The translations under genes were made by a program, and so were the position numbers. 64,000 nt of DNA from Sphyrna mokarran (lineage: Eukaryota). How positions within the stretch are numbered: the first letter of the stretch is position 1; every line of letters begins with the position of its first letter. The DNA is taken from positions 25,730,001-25,794,000 of the forward strand of contig JAGIQG010000030.1 of NCBI GenBank assembly GCA_024679065.1. The letters are read 5' to 3'. This document shows, piece after piece, positions 25,471-39,275 of the stretch. Below the pieces are notes generated by a model. That model made no database searches and was not told the DNA's origin. It saw only the letters and a list, made by a program, of their open reading frames with translations.

Positions 25471-27309
25471 GAGACCAAAAAGGTCCAGAGAACTTATTTG
25501 GTTCAATTTAACATAGTGAAAATAAACACTTGAACAAATTCGAGTAATGTTGGTCTAATGAAAAATCTGCAGAATTTCTAATGAATTAATTTTCTGATTC
25601 CAGATAAGTGCAAGAGGCATCATTTACTTACACATACACTGATATAATCATATTCATATTTTGCATTAAATATTGATCATTCTGTGCACAGTAATTCAGG
25701 TGCAATCTCCGGCTTTTCTGAAACTTGTCTGGAAGTACCAACAGGCATATATTCTAGAATGCCTGCCATCAGTGGCCATTGCTTCTGAATCCCTGAAGTC
25801 CTCATTAGAATGAAGCTGCCTCAAATTAGATCTACAAACTCAAACAATCTTTCATCTCTTTTGAATACTTGTGGAAGTATTTTTGTTTCCTGGTAACTTC
25901 TATTGTGTCCAGCATTCTGTGACTAAACCCGAGAGAGAACAAAGTAAACCAAGAGACAATTACTTTCCTGCATCATATTTTTAAAGAAAAAAATCTGGCA
26001 ATTACTGCTATAAAGCTGCTTTTAACCATAAAGATTTCTGTTTGATTTAGGATATATCCAAACTGACAGAGTCTGTGATCTGCACATGGATTGCCAAGAT
26101 ATATAACTAAGAACTAAGGAAACCACAAATGATTTTGCTGTGGCTTAAAACATATTATCTAAACCATTTTATTCATTATACCTATGAAGACAAATTTTCT
26201 TTACTAGGTCATGAGTTCCCGTTTGTATACATTTATACTTTAACTTTTTCAGTATAATGCAGGAAAGTAAATCATCGCTGCTTGAGAACAGCAGCTCCTT
26301 AAAAAAGACAACTGGTAAACAACATTTAAAAAAATGCTCAACTTGAAATATTGTGAATGAAATAGTACTGTAGCCCAAAGCTATTTATGTAGAGGAACAT
26401 GCATACAATGCATGTTTATCTACATTTATCACATATGATTCCTGTCAAGGTGTACGATAATACAGTATGACATTAACTTCTAATGCACTGGATTTGCTAC
26501 TGGCTGGCTCAGAGGCTAGAGATCTTATTCCCATGGCTTCCAATTTTCTGTGACAATGAGCATAGAATAAGAAGTCATTTTTTTTAAATCTCATATTTTG
26601 ATCTGATTGTTTCAAGCTTTCTGTGATATTTTTAAGTTCAGCTCCTACCCTGGTTAGGTCTTCAGTTTTGTGGGTCTTGCTGAATGCTAAAAATGTGACC
26701 ATTTTGAAAATGCAGGGTACTGGAAACCTGTTAACATACAGCTAAGTCTTTGTTAACTAAATATTTTGATTGCAGTTTCACAATACAGTATCCAACCAAC
26801 ATAGCTTGAAAGTTCCAAGCTACAAAGGAATCCAGTGCTCATAAAGCAAAAGAACTGCAGGAGGTTTAAATAAGCCAGCATCTAATACCCTTAAACAATC
26901 AAATTAGTTTGTTTGTGTTAGAACTCAAATTGTCTGGAACATTTGCCAAACAAGCCCTTCAGACTCAATACATTATCACATTGTTTTTTGAAATATCTCA
27001 GTCGTGTAGACAATTGCATATGAAAATTTAATTGCTTAAAGGCATGATGGTTAACTGATGTTTATTCTCTATCTTTGCTGTTTGAAGACTGCAGCAGTGA
27101 TCTGACAACCTAAAACAGGAACACAGTAAATAATGCCTTGTACTTTCTCTCCTCTGGCAGCTTACTGTTGATATCCTTAATATGGCTCTTCAAATTTTAA
27201 CATTCAATAATAATTTGCTATCTCCTATTTACAGGAATATTATAAGGTTAATGTGATGGAATTGATAATTTGTCATTTTATGTACTAATTTTGATCTGAT
27301 GTTAACAAG

Positions 27310-27535
27310 TCACCATTAGCAGCTCTGCATTCAACTGTTAGGTATCAAACTTTGAAATTCTTTCCCTGAACCTTACAGCCTCACCACCTCTCTCTGTCCT
27401 CCTTTAAAGCCTACCAAGCTTTTGGTCACTTATCCACACATGCTACATGGCTAGACATTAAATTGTACCTGATAGCATTCCTCCAAAGTGCTTTAGAATG
27501 TTTTCTTCTTTCAGAGCACTATATAAAGCAAGCTG
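27310..27535 (+). mobile_element. L2-type LINE 3' end; last recognisable transposon in the window
   Basis: Similar to 16570-16848 (CCAAGCT, GCACTATATAAA tail). Confidence 0.55.
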
Positions 27536-30500
27536 TTGTTACTGTTGTGAAAGTCCAGTGTGGAAAACATTTTAGCCTGATTCTGAGTGGACAGAGACAC
27601 ACAAATTGAAATTTAGTACAATTGCTGTAAAGTTGTTTAGAGAGACCAAGCGATAGCTATTGTACAAAGTGGGAATACTTCACACTGGTGTAATTGGACA
27701 TGCTCTTCTAAACTGGGTCCAGAAGCACATTATTGGACAGGCAGTAGGGAGCTGTATTCTTTATCACAACACCCTGAGCATTGGTGCTGACATTGGTTCC
27801 CGAAATGGAAAGTTATTGCACGAGCTAAGATTTTTGCTTCATGATCAGAAAATAACTGTTTTGGAACATGTCCCAAGGAGTTTCTCTGGAAGACCTTACC
27901 ATGATGAATGTGATGACCATTACTTTGGAGTGATGGACATTGTAAATATCTGCATTACAAACAAGGAAAGGAACTGGGACTGGGTTCGAAAGTACATTCC
28001 AAGACCAATATGCCTGATACATTTCATTTGATGATCCCAAGGCGTATAAAGAATACAAAAAAAATGAATGTAATTAAAGAGGATTGAGAGAGGGACAATA
28101 AGAAGTCTCATAAATATATACTGGAGTATCTAGTAAAATGAACAATCATATCCCGCTGGATTGAAATCACTGCTGAATATTCAGAATGTTATTTGTGTTT
28201 AAAATTTCAAATATTTTATCTGATATTTACTGTCCAATGATAATGGAATCTATTTATATTCCACAATATACCAAAGTATATATGTAGATGTATGGAATTT
28301 TTCCATCTTTTTTCATGAAGAATTTTTTTAAAAGATTTTCACTGATCTATGGAGATAGGAATTTGTTCAAAGTTATTGAAATAAAGCTATGTCTATCTTT
28401 TAGAAAACTGTCCAAGGTAAATAATTTTTGCTAATATATATTGAAGAGAAAAGGTACTTAGGTTTCTGAATGTTTTGCAATGTTCCTTGGCATAAGAAAT
28501 GTCAGCAGAAATGTGTGCTTAAATTGTCATTTTAATTACTGACTATGCCATGGACAAGGATATAATTTTAATTGCTGATTATACCATGGACAATAACATA
28601 TTTTTCAATGAAATATCAAATGGTACTTTACGTCACTTTGGTCCTAATGGAATTCTGGCACAAACACTGATAAAGAACAGGCTGATTACTGACGTATTGG
28701 TCTTCAAAGGTATTCAAAACTGCAAAATATACGATGTGCAACTTAAATCAAAGTGTTGCAATATTATGATCAGCGGTCACACAGAATAGAGTTTCTTCTT
28801 AGCACATGCTGCTGGCCCCAGGCTGTATTTCACTACCCAAATATTGCTCAACAATGGAATTCAGCATCCTCTTCATTACGACCAAACTTCCGGTTATATC
28901 TAATTTGTTACTTTATACTTCTCTCTTCTATAACATGCTTTTGTTACAAAAGATTATTGCTTGAAATTAAAGCATTACCTTTTTTTTGCATTATTATCCA
29001 AACAACATGGCGGGATTGCAAAAGTGCAGCTTTGCAAGTAATTTAACTATTTCATAATTCATGCTTTATTTTACTTTTCTAAGCAAAATATTTGAATGCA
29101 ATCATCCTCTTCATTGCATGCTAAATGTAAACAAACTTATTATTTCACACATTCGTGCATATGGGAAATTCAATTGCAAAATTAACATTCATTAGTTTTG
29201 CTGATGAGATATAGCCAGGGATGTATTAGGCTTGTAATTTGGTGGATGAATGGGGACATGTTAAACCAGTTTAAATTCTGCATGGCTGTAACACTTACTA
29301 TGGTTAAACACGTCGCTTTCAAATGTAAAAAGGATTGCATAATAATTAGATTATCCCATGAGTGAAATTTCCGAACTGAAGTTCAACAATTTAAGAGGAG
29401 AACATATTGAATCTTCCGCCTCTAGTGACAGATTGACATTGACCCCACCTTGCCTAGATAAGAATGGAAAGAAATTTCACAGGTGCGATATCCTCTAATG
29501 CTTTATATGAGAAAATGGGTCAGTTTATGGACTATGACCAATTTCATTACTGTATCCAAATTGACTCAAGTTGGCCAGAGACTCTGAGATGGGACAGGAA
29601 GTCGATTGTTAAAGTGCTGGAAATACATTGCCTGGTTTCTGAAATAATCAGACTACAGTCAGATTTAATTAATGAGATTAAGACTGGGGTATCAAGGAAA
29701 ATGCCATTGGCATTTTAACCAGGCATGTTGCAGTCTAGAATTGTTCTTCTTCTTCGGAGAAGTCGGGCACGCAATCCTGAGAACAAATAAAGAAATGTTT
29801 ATTGTATAGCTGACTTCACCATCTTAAAATATAATAGCTCATTATAGGATAACTGTAGAGGTAAATAGGTATTGTATTACGATAAAACCACAGAAAATAC
29901 ATGTGGGACACCTTCCTTGGTGTTTCTGCCTCCCTTTGGGCAATCCCATTGATCTAATCTTGCACCTGTTAAACAAAATGTAGAAAGAGGTGATCGCGGG
30001 CTCCATAATTTTTAACGCAACAATCCAGAAACACTTTTCACAATTTGCAATTGATGGACATCCATGCTCTTAGGTATTAAAGCGTGCTGTAAATTGGTAG
30101 ACGATTATCTTTATAAGAACCCAACATAAGGCGACCACGACTTAAATATATCGAAGTTTTAAAACGTATCGTTTTTAAACAAAATCTTGTCATTGCATGT
30201 ACCTCTGATAACATCTTACAGTTTCATTTCAAGTGAGGGCCAAGTGCAATTTGGGCTAAAGAGGCTGGTCGAATGCTGCAAAGGAAGCCTGCTCTCTAAA
30301 GAATATGTGACCATTTAAAAAAAAATACTTCAGCACAGCTAAAACATCCCTGGCATTTGCCAAATGTATTCGCTTCTTTCCAGCGATGGTAACAATAGTC
30401 ACGAATTAATTGGGAGAGAGAGAGAAAAGACGTATGTTCCAGCTTTAAATGAACCATGGTCAGAATGATATTTGAGTCAACATAGTTGGACAAAAAAAAA

Positions 30501-32968
30501 GCTGCATTCAATGCCCAATTTGCAATGAAGTCTCAGATTTGTGTATAATGAATTCGAGTACTGTACTGTTAAGTAATCCTTCTCTGTTATATCGCATTCT
30601 GTGCCAAAATCTCAGCAATACAAATTGCATTTATTCAAGGCTTTCTATTAAGTTATAAAGCTTCACATTCGCACAAAATATCCCATTTTCCATTGTAATC
30701 GCTAATCCAAACAGATGTGATACAATTGCTTTTATTTGTGCCCAATCAGGAATATGTAAAAGGCGCAAACATTTTGGAGGTGAAGTGATGCGCTGAATTA
30801 AACTACAGTTTAACTTTCCATCCTTGATTTTTTTCTCCTCCTGCCCTAATCACTTGCTAAGTCAACAGTTATATGGAGGTCGTTGCAAAGCTAGAGGGCA
30901 GGACCAACGCATCTTAAAGCAACATTTTACAATGGATCTCAGACCCCATTCACTAACTGTTATGGAATCAATTAGCTAAATTGACAACACTACATTCAAA
31001 TAACTTTTTTAAAAAAATGTTTTTCTCGGTATAATAATACTGACTCTTCGCACCCCCCATCCTCCAGCACCACCCCTCGTCCCCCACAAACTCTACTTCA
31101 AATTTCATACAGCTGTCTCATATCATTCTACTTGTCTTGCAATATCAAAATGCTTTAAAGTCCAGGACATTTGACCTGGGCCTGAGTTGGAACTTCTGAG
31201 ACAGGTACTCCAGTGAACGGTTGTGATGGAGGAGCGGCGTATGAAGTGTCAGCCACTTCTGTGAATGCATCGAATCTTACAATGCATATGCAAAGTTATT
31301 ATTCTATTACACACTTTACCGCCGGCTTTTATTTTGGTCCCTAAACTCCTGGCATGAAGGATATGTTATATTTTCTCCTTACAGCTATTTCCATCACCGA
31401 AGAAGGAGGTAGTTAAATATTTCTGTCGGCTGCTTTTGATCATAAATCAGCGATTTGAATGATGCTGGCTTAGAATTAAAGGGTAAGCATAATATTTCAA
31501 ATAAAGCAACGGGGAATGGGGCGGGTACGGGGGGGAGGGGGGAGGTGATGGTGGATGCTGTTTATCCATTTGACATAAATGCAAGGTTTGCCCGAAACAA
31601 AAAGTCAAAAGTAGCTCCGTTTGGAACAGACATGCTTTAATTATCTCACGAAGCTGATTTCCTACACAACATAATTTCAGATTTTGGAGAGGGTGGGGGA
31701 AAAATACTAATTAAATCTAGTATCCGAGGACTGGAGATGTTTGATAACTAAAATCTTCATCAGCAATTTATCTTCCTGCAGCATAAATTTGCTGCAAAGC
31801 TGTGCTTTCATAGCTCTGACGAGTCCTATTAATCTTCTTCACCAAGTTTTCGATAGGAGTCTAGAGCTATTTGCGCCATGTGATCTGCTAACATCTAAAT
31901 TGTCATCTAGAAGGGCAGAAAGGAGCTTCCAGCTTGAGCTACTCCGCCTGCACGGTCCCAGGAAGAACATAAATAACATCGAATGCCAAATCTATTTAAT
32001 TCGAATTGATCAATACTTTAATATTACACGGAAATGTTACGTGTAATATAAGTGTCATGGTGGGTGGGGGATGGGGGTGGTGGTGGAGGGACTCCTCAGG
32101 CTAGGTCACTTGATGTCCACAACATTATAGAGAAATGCAGAAACAAAACTTAGCTATTATGCACCATGGAGATTTATTGATCAACTAGTCCGTTTATGTG
32201 CCAACATATTAGCTGGAATAATTAGGAAGAGACAAGATTCCAGCAAGTAACTCTGGGCAATGGGATCAAGTAATTAAGTTGCTTGCATTAGGGAAGAATA
32301 ACGGGGGCTATGGATGGGAGCTTGTTCCTAGCCAGTCACTTCAAAGGACGTCTTGAGCCATTTTTTTAAATGACCAAAAATGAAGTTTGATAAATTTGCC
32401 TGTATCAGCGTATTGTTTTGTTCACACTCTGTTAAGTAATGTCAAAAATGCCTTCCGATCCAATAGTTATTCGAAAATAAGTTGAACATGAAAAATATAT
32501 GCCAAACTTTAAAGTGACTGATTTTGCATTTGGCATGTAAATAGTGTCAGGAATAGGTAGTTTACACAAACGCCTTTGTGCTGAATTATAAACAAGCACC
32601 CACAGACATAATAAATTTGAATGTAAAGTTCTGATCAGATAGCTAACAGTCATTTTATGGAGATAGGAAATCACAGTGTAACCCTATTGCAATGTCACGC
32701 CACGGCAGAGTCAAACGTATCTCTTACTATTATCTCCCTTACGAACTACATCTACTTTGGTTGTAAAGAGGAGAGGGAAGGGGGAAAAGGAAGAGATAGA
32801 AAAATGCTGGCGTTCTGCCTAAAGAGAAATCATTGAAACAAATTAATCCTTCGCCGGTTAAATTGACATGGCAATCCATCATCTCAGAGCCAGCCTCTGA
32901 AAGCAATCTACTGGCTGCATGTTCTCAGATTGGCCCGGAGGGCACAGAGACAGATAGAGAAGGGGAAA

Positions 32969-33000
<32 letters not shown>
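32969..33000 (+). repeat. Poly-G tract (32 nt)
   Basis: Read directly. Confidence 0.95.
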
Positions 33001-33001
<1 letters not shown>

Positions 33002-36000
33002 GCATGCCTGTAACCTGCAACTTTAAATGAACAACAAAGTATTTATGGAAAAAATGCGACGACAATAAAAGAAACCTAAAAGTTAAAGCAGCACCCACGT
33101 CGGTGATTAATGGAAGTTAAAACGTACACTGAAACTGACTGTTCACAGAGGAAGACAAGATAGACAGCAGGTGAAATGTCTGCTCCCCACATCTTGTGTA
33201 AACAATATGGTACTTTGGTTAAAAAAAAGTGACACTGTCTCAGAAGCGTTAATTAATAGCAAAACTGAAGTTTCTTTTTTTAAAAAAAGGAACTGTTAGA
33301 ACATCTATCCATCTTTTAAAACATAAAATAAGCATAGAATAATCATATTTCAAAATAAGCCACAAAATGCTCAGTTATCTAAAACCTGAATTGGAACCAG
33401 TTGCAAACAAGGGAAACCCCAATTGGTTTTCTATTAAATTGGAGTGGAGTGAGACTGCAAATCTAATTTCGCACCTATATTACTGCAGTCTTGTTGAATT
33501 TGGGGTGGGGTAGTCCGGACGGGGTGGGGGAGACTAATCATTTGCTGTAATACTTTATTGACGGTTGGACCCAGGTTTAGCACAAACTTGCAAACGTCGC
33601 GCTGAGAGATCGCCGAATTCGAGAGATGTGTGAAGTTGTGTGGTGAGGAAAGGCTATCCGGGGACGCGAGTAAAAGCCTTTAAACAATATATTAAGAGGA
33701 AAGCTGTAGAATCCTAGCGTTTCCCCAATAATTAAAGCGGACAGTGACAAATTGGTTTACATCGGTAATACAAATCGTGTCTGCAGCAGTCTAGAAGCAG
33801 GTACCAAAGTTTAAAAAAAACAGCTTTTCGTAGAAGTTCGTTTTTGCTCTGAAGAAAAGTTCAATTCTTTGCGCTCCAAATAAATGTGCTTGTTTCTATT
33901 GTCCAGCCAAGACCAGACTGGACATACATTCACAACACAAATGCCTCTTTTAAATTCTATTTGTTCTCTGTCCCTAACCCTAAACTCGGTCCTCATAATA
34001 TCCATCATTCTGTTACCCAAACTTTTACTTTCTCCGCCTCAAATCATCTTTTTGACACCCCCTATTGACAGCTCTTGTTTCTTGTTTGTTTCTGGGGGTC
34101 GGTGAGTATCGATCCCATTGCTCCGCTACCTTTCAGCATCATTCATCCTGTAGCGTGAGGGAGTGCAAAGTGCATCGCAAGTTGGGGTCGGTTAAAGAAA
34201 GCATTCGAAATGGATTTGAAGTCAGAAATCTGCATGAGCTGCCAATTGCCATTTGTACCCTGGGTCGGAAAATGTGCGGATTCTGACTGTGAATCGATGT
34301 ATAAACATGCAATGTGTGGAGAAAGGCGAGAGGAATCTCTTGTACAAACAATGATTACGAAAAAAAAACTACTCGACGATATAAAAAATCAGCAAAATTC
34401 TCAACCTGCGATTTCACAACAAATCAAATACTTGTCAATTATTTCTGAAATTCTAATAGCCCGGATCTCTACCCAGTTTTCAGCTAGTCTTGTCATTTAA
34501 TCCTCTATTGTCTGGTTTCCTCGCACCAGACCATACCCAGAGAAGTTTATCACCAGAGAACTATATTATTTCTCCTCTCCCCAGCCAACGAAACGCCAGT
34601 GAGTTTCTAACAGGACCCTCGCCTGCTCTGAAGCTTTCCGCCTCCCCTTCAAACTCTATCAGATGTTTTTACGTGTTCATTAGCCTGGTTAACCTTTGCT
34701 ATATCTTGGGCCGGGATGGGTTAATCAGGGCAACACCGTGAGGCCTGGGGTCAGAGGCGACCATCTTGAGCTTGGAGTGTGGGATTTTTGCTGGAAGGTG
34801 AGGGTGCATGCATCCTCTCTTTCTCTCTCTCTCTTTCACACACACACACACTCTCTCTCTATCACTATCATCCTCTCCACCTGCAGCTCTCAGTTTATCT
34901 CCAGGGAGTGCAAAACAGGAGATGACACTCTACAAATCGCTAATTAGACTTTCCCAGATACCTCGGGATGCGGTTTGCCTTTTCGCTTCTATGCGGCTTT
35001 ATAGCTAAATATAGATAGAAGCTTAATTTATTTAAAAATGTTAACATGCAGCTTTGCTTCGGCATCCTGCTGTTTTTTTTTAAGTGTATCTATTTACATC
35101 AATGTTATGACATCTAGTATTTGTCTGTGTATATGCATTGGAATATATAGATATACTATGTTCATATATTTTTCATCCTTTCCTTTTTCTTTTGTATTTA
35201 CACTTCAGCCAACGGTAGATGTTATTCACTAATACTGGAAGCTAACACTGACACCTCTTGTCCTTTCTCGTTCTTTTCCCATAATTTTCTATGGCAGCCT
35301 GCTTTTTTAATATACATCCTTAACACTGCACTTTCCCCACCGTCTGAAATCACCTCCTAATCAGTGTCTATCGATTTTCGCACCTCTTTTTATCCGGTTA
35401 TCCCAGCATCTGAAACATGCCTTTAAAACCTCTCTCTCTTTACACACAGTGATTTACCCCCTTGCTCTCTGCTCACCAGCGGAAAAAAACAATCGATATG
35501 CCCGTGTTATTTGTGTGTGATCAGTAAATATTTGGTCTGGTGACATCTTCAGCTTTCCTCCCAATCGATACAGGACCCAATAGGAGGCGTGCTGCAATCT
35601 GTAGACAACTACTGTCTCCATGGTGTACCTTTCTAGCCCTTCTCGTTTTCTCTCTCTCTCTCTTTCTCTTCCTGCTCTTCTGTTAAGATCAATTTCTTCT
35701 TGACTCAACCCCTGAGTCACGCCCAGTATCCCTTTAATGCGACACGATTGTTAATAAGCTAGTTGTCTTGTTATCATCAACTTTCCATTCATAAAACGGA
35801 GTGACTTATTAAGGCTAGAGTGTACATAATCACTTAATAGCACAAGTATTGGCGCTAACCTGATTTTTCTAATGCCATGCATTCGCAGGACACCCCGGCA
35901 ATGCAATGAGTTGTGCTTATCTTCAACAATACCATACATTTTAAATCGGTGTTAATTTTATTTTTCAGTTGCAGCAGAGTTCGCACGTCGACCATCATTT

Positions 36001-37859
36001 GAGTACAGACGCTTTCTAGAAGTGAAATCAATGAGACATTTTATGTTGAGATTCAACGCTGTAGTGTTAACTTTTTTTTTTGACTTATTGACAAGACCTG
36101 GGTTACAAGCATTGCATCTGACCTTTTAAGTTTCAACTATCCCTTCCCAATTAGACCACAATGTTATTTGCTTACATGTTAAGCGTACGCCGCTGAACTT
36201 CACCGCCACCTCTCCGCCACACCCACCCCCAGTTAACTTTAAAATGTATTTCTCTATACGATGCTTAATTGAAACCAAAAGGAAACGTTTTATTTGTTCG
36301 AATTGGACAAATTTCAGCTGTGCTCTGCAATTACTAGTTAAGCGGCGTCCTCACAATGCAACCACAAGTCCTTTGAGAAAGTGCATGAGTTATATATGTT
36401 TGCAGGCATCAAACACCTAGAACATATCCAGTTAGGTTTTTATTTAGCATCATTAACAATTAAAATAGAGTTTCATATACAAGAATGACTTATGTTCAAA
36501 TGCACTTTAAATTGTTCTCCCTCGTTTAGGCATTTCACTAACAGGTTTGCTTCTTATATACCACACAAAAAAAATCAATAAATTTCTGATGGGCAAAAGG
36601 CGTTTTAAAAACATATACAGATGTATCCATATGAAATGTCTATATCATGTTTAGGTTCTCTCACCTATTACTCCATTAAAAATGGTTGTATGGAAAAGTA
36701 GTGGAGCGGCTAATACTGGCAAGATCTGGAAGTGCACATATACTTAATGATTTAATTGCGGCAGATTCCTACCCTAGAATCCGGAGAGTGAACAGTATTT
36801 AGCTGCAATCAGGCCAAAAATGTTGCACAAGATTTTTCTCTTGAAAGAGTGCCTATGTGTCCATTGAAGGGCGCTGATCCGAAAAGACAGAGCGGACAAA
36901 TAAAAATCGATCTGAAGCGACCCTGGCCGTCCTTTTCACACGATTCACACACAATCCCCTCTCAACTCTGCCGAGACAAAGGCCCGAGGGCTGGGGAGGG
37001 GTGGGGGGGGAGTGTGGCTGGAGGAGAGATTCTCCACAAGCTACAGATACCCTTTCCAAAACGCGCAGATAATTTTACACTGGCCACAAACCACATTCTA
37101 CATCAACATTTCTTCTCAAAACCTCAAAGCAATATTAGCTCTTAAGACAGGGCGTTGATGGGGTAAAGAGGGGGGCGGGAGTGAGGTGGGGGGGAGCGGT
37201 TAAGCGTTGGAGAAAATCATCACCTTGGTAATTCTGAGGTTCCTGGCAAGTTTGCAGAAGGAATAAACTACAGACAAATGAACTTTGACAACAAGAAAGT
37301 TGCCCAAACTCCAGCGAGCACACGAGTCTGATATTATTTGGGGATGTGTGTTTAAAACAAAAGGTTTTAATTCAATTATTCCTCTCTCTCTTTCTCTACC
37401 TCTCTCTCTCTCCTTCCTCTTACTTAACTAACTCAGGGGCAAAGCATTTCTGGTTTGAGGCTGAGAGTTCTAAACTAGCCTCTGTACTCTTGCCTTCCAC
37501 GTTTGCCTCTTAAAAAAGGGAATTAAAGGAAAGGGAATTTTAGTAAAGAGATGTGGAACTGATCTCAGCAAAAGAGTCAAAAATTGCTAAGAGTAATCGC
37601 TCTTGTATTGCTCGGGGGGTGCTTTGACCGCTCGCATTCCGGTGCACTTTGAATTGCTCGGGCAGTAACGCCAGTCCCATAAAGTTTACCAGGAGATGGG
37701 GCGAAAGTTAAATTGCAAAATCGAAAGTGCTTCACTTGTTTCTGAATATGTCAAATGCAAAGCTTCTCGCCAAAGGTTAGCCTTTTCTTTTTATATAAAA
37801 AATATATATCACAGTTTACACTATCGGTCGGGGCAAACAGATGACGGTCGATGGAATGA

Positions 37860-38076
37860 ATGATTGTCTTCAATAGACAAATAGATCAGGTGAGGAGGAG
37901 ACAAACCCTCCTTCTGTTCACCTGCCAGAAAAAAAAGAGATTCATCTCACTCAGTAATTTCCAACTCAGTTCCGCCAAGATTCACAACTTCCTGTGTCCA
38001 GAGAGGAGACTCGAACCCACCACGACGCAAATAATTTCGGACACTGAACAAAGACAATTGCAAGCAATGATGTTTG
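37860..38076 (+). CDS. NR2F2: Putative alternative upstream first exon of NR2F2 (DBD-less isoform)
   Basis: Open frame ending ...TQIISDTEQRQLQAMMF-G then donor GTATGT at 38077, phase 1 and so compatible with exon 2; resembles the remembered human isoform-b N-terminus MQAVWDLEQGKYGF; lies about 5 kb upstream of the main ATG. Confidence 0.6.
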
Positions 38077-39254
38077 GTATGTTTTTAATAAATATATATG
38101 TATATATATATTACTTAGCTTGGGGAAGGGTAGGTTTTTTTTCTTGATCAGGACATAATCGTTCTTAAACACCTGTATTTATTAATTAATCTATATTATT
38201 TTGACATAAAGCAGTTTAGAATTTCAACACTCGGAGGATATTCAATGTCCGTTCAAACAATTACATTTGGGGCTTTAATTCATTTGAGTTTTTTTTGCTT
38301 TCTCTGTCTGTCTTCGAAAAGACATTAAATCAGGCTGGTGTTTTATATTTTTGCTCTGGCTATTTTTGACAATCGAGCGAACAGCCCTTGCGGATCCGCG
38401 TAGTTCTGTGTATGTCTCCCAGCGCAATAGCCATCACCCGTCGGACATTCAATCGCACCCGCGTATGGGTCGCGGTATCTCCCCACTGTGTAATATTAGC
38501 AATAGACAACAGAAGGTCCCGCAACAATACGAATTCGCCAACTTAGAAATAAACAGGGGCTTCGAATCTTTCTGAAACGGCTTGCCCCGTCCTGGAAACC
38601 CAAAGCCTCTTTGCCCCCGCGTTTCAATGAATTAGATTTGTCCCCCCCACCACTTCATTGTCAAACTGTAATAGTGTAATACTGCTTTGATTTACAACGC
38701 TAGCTTGAGCTCATTTCTAAAACTTTTTAAAATAGACATGTAAAGCACAGAATCGCCGCGAATAAGAAATTAACTATTACTACAATCAACAGATATAATA
38801 TTTGATCTGGGTATTAGAAATTGGTACTCACCACTTTTCTATCTAGATCCACATACTCATCTGATGATTTGGGGGCAAAGGCGTATTTATTTATGGGGGG
38901 GTAGGAAACAGCCGTCTTCGATTTAGCTTTACGGCGTTAGAAGAATCGCTTTAGAGAGAGAGGGAAGAAAAACAAATCTGTTACCAATCGGTTGTTTTGG
39001 AAAAGAAGTCTCAACGCCAACCATCTAAGTCAAGCAAGCGTCCGGGCAGATCTGGGTAAAATAAAAACACAAAGCGACGGAGATCAGCAGTCCCGCTCAG
39101 TAACGTCCGAGTCAATTAGAGCAAAATCCTAAAGAATTAATCACATTAAAGGTGCAGAAGTTTTTTTTTCGGGGTATAAAGGGCGCGTTGTGAGCGAAGA
39201 GGCGCCGCGATCCTTTTGAAAGGCTTTTCTCCTCTGGAGTTCTACAGCGACACT

Positions 39255-39275
39255 CCATACGCTAGGTGGCAGCCA
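39255..39275 (+). promoter_or_regulatory. Candidate CTCF site
   Basis: ACGCTAGGTGGCAG fits the CTCF core consensus; CTACAG just upstream resembles the upstream motif. Confidence 0.5.

Noticed and set aside
1-27500. Many 60-138 aa ORFs in the left half
   Set aside because: Most overlap SINE/LINE/MITE fragments (e.g. the recurring CSGFLPQSKD and WIGHAKF translations) or are of chance length; no exon structure
29410-29432. CTCF-like motif on the minus strand (TCACTAGAGGCGG)
   Set aside because: Core spacing is off by one base; too weak to call
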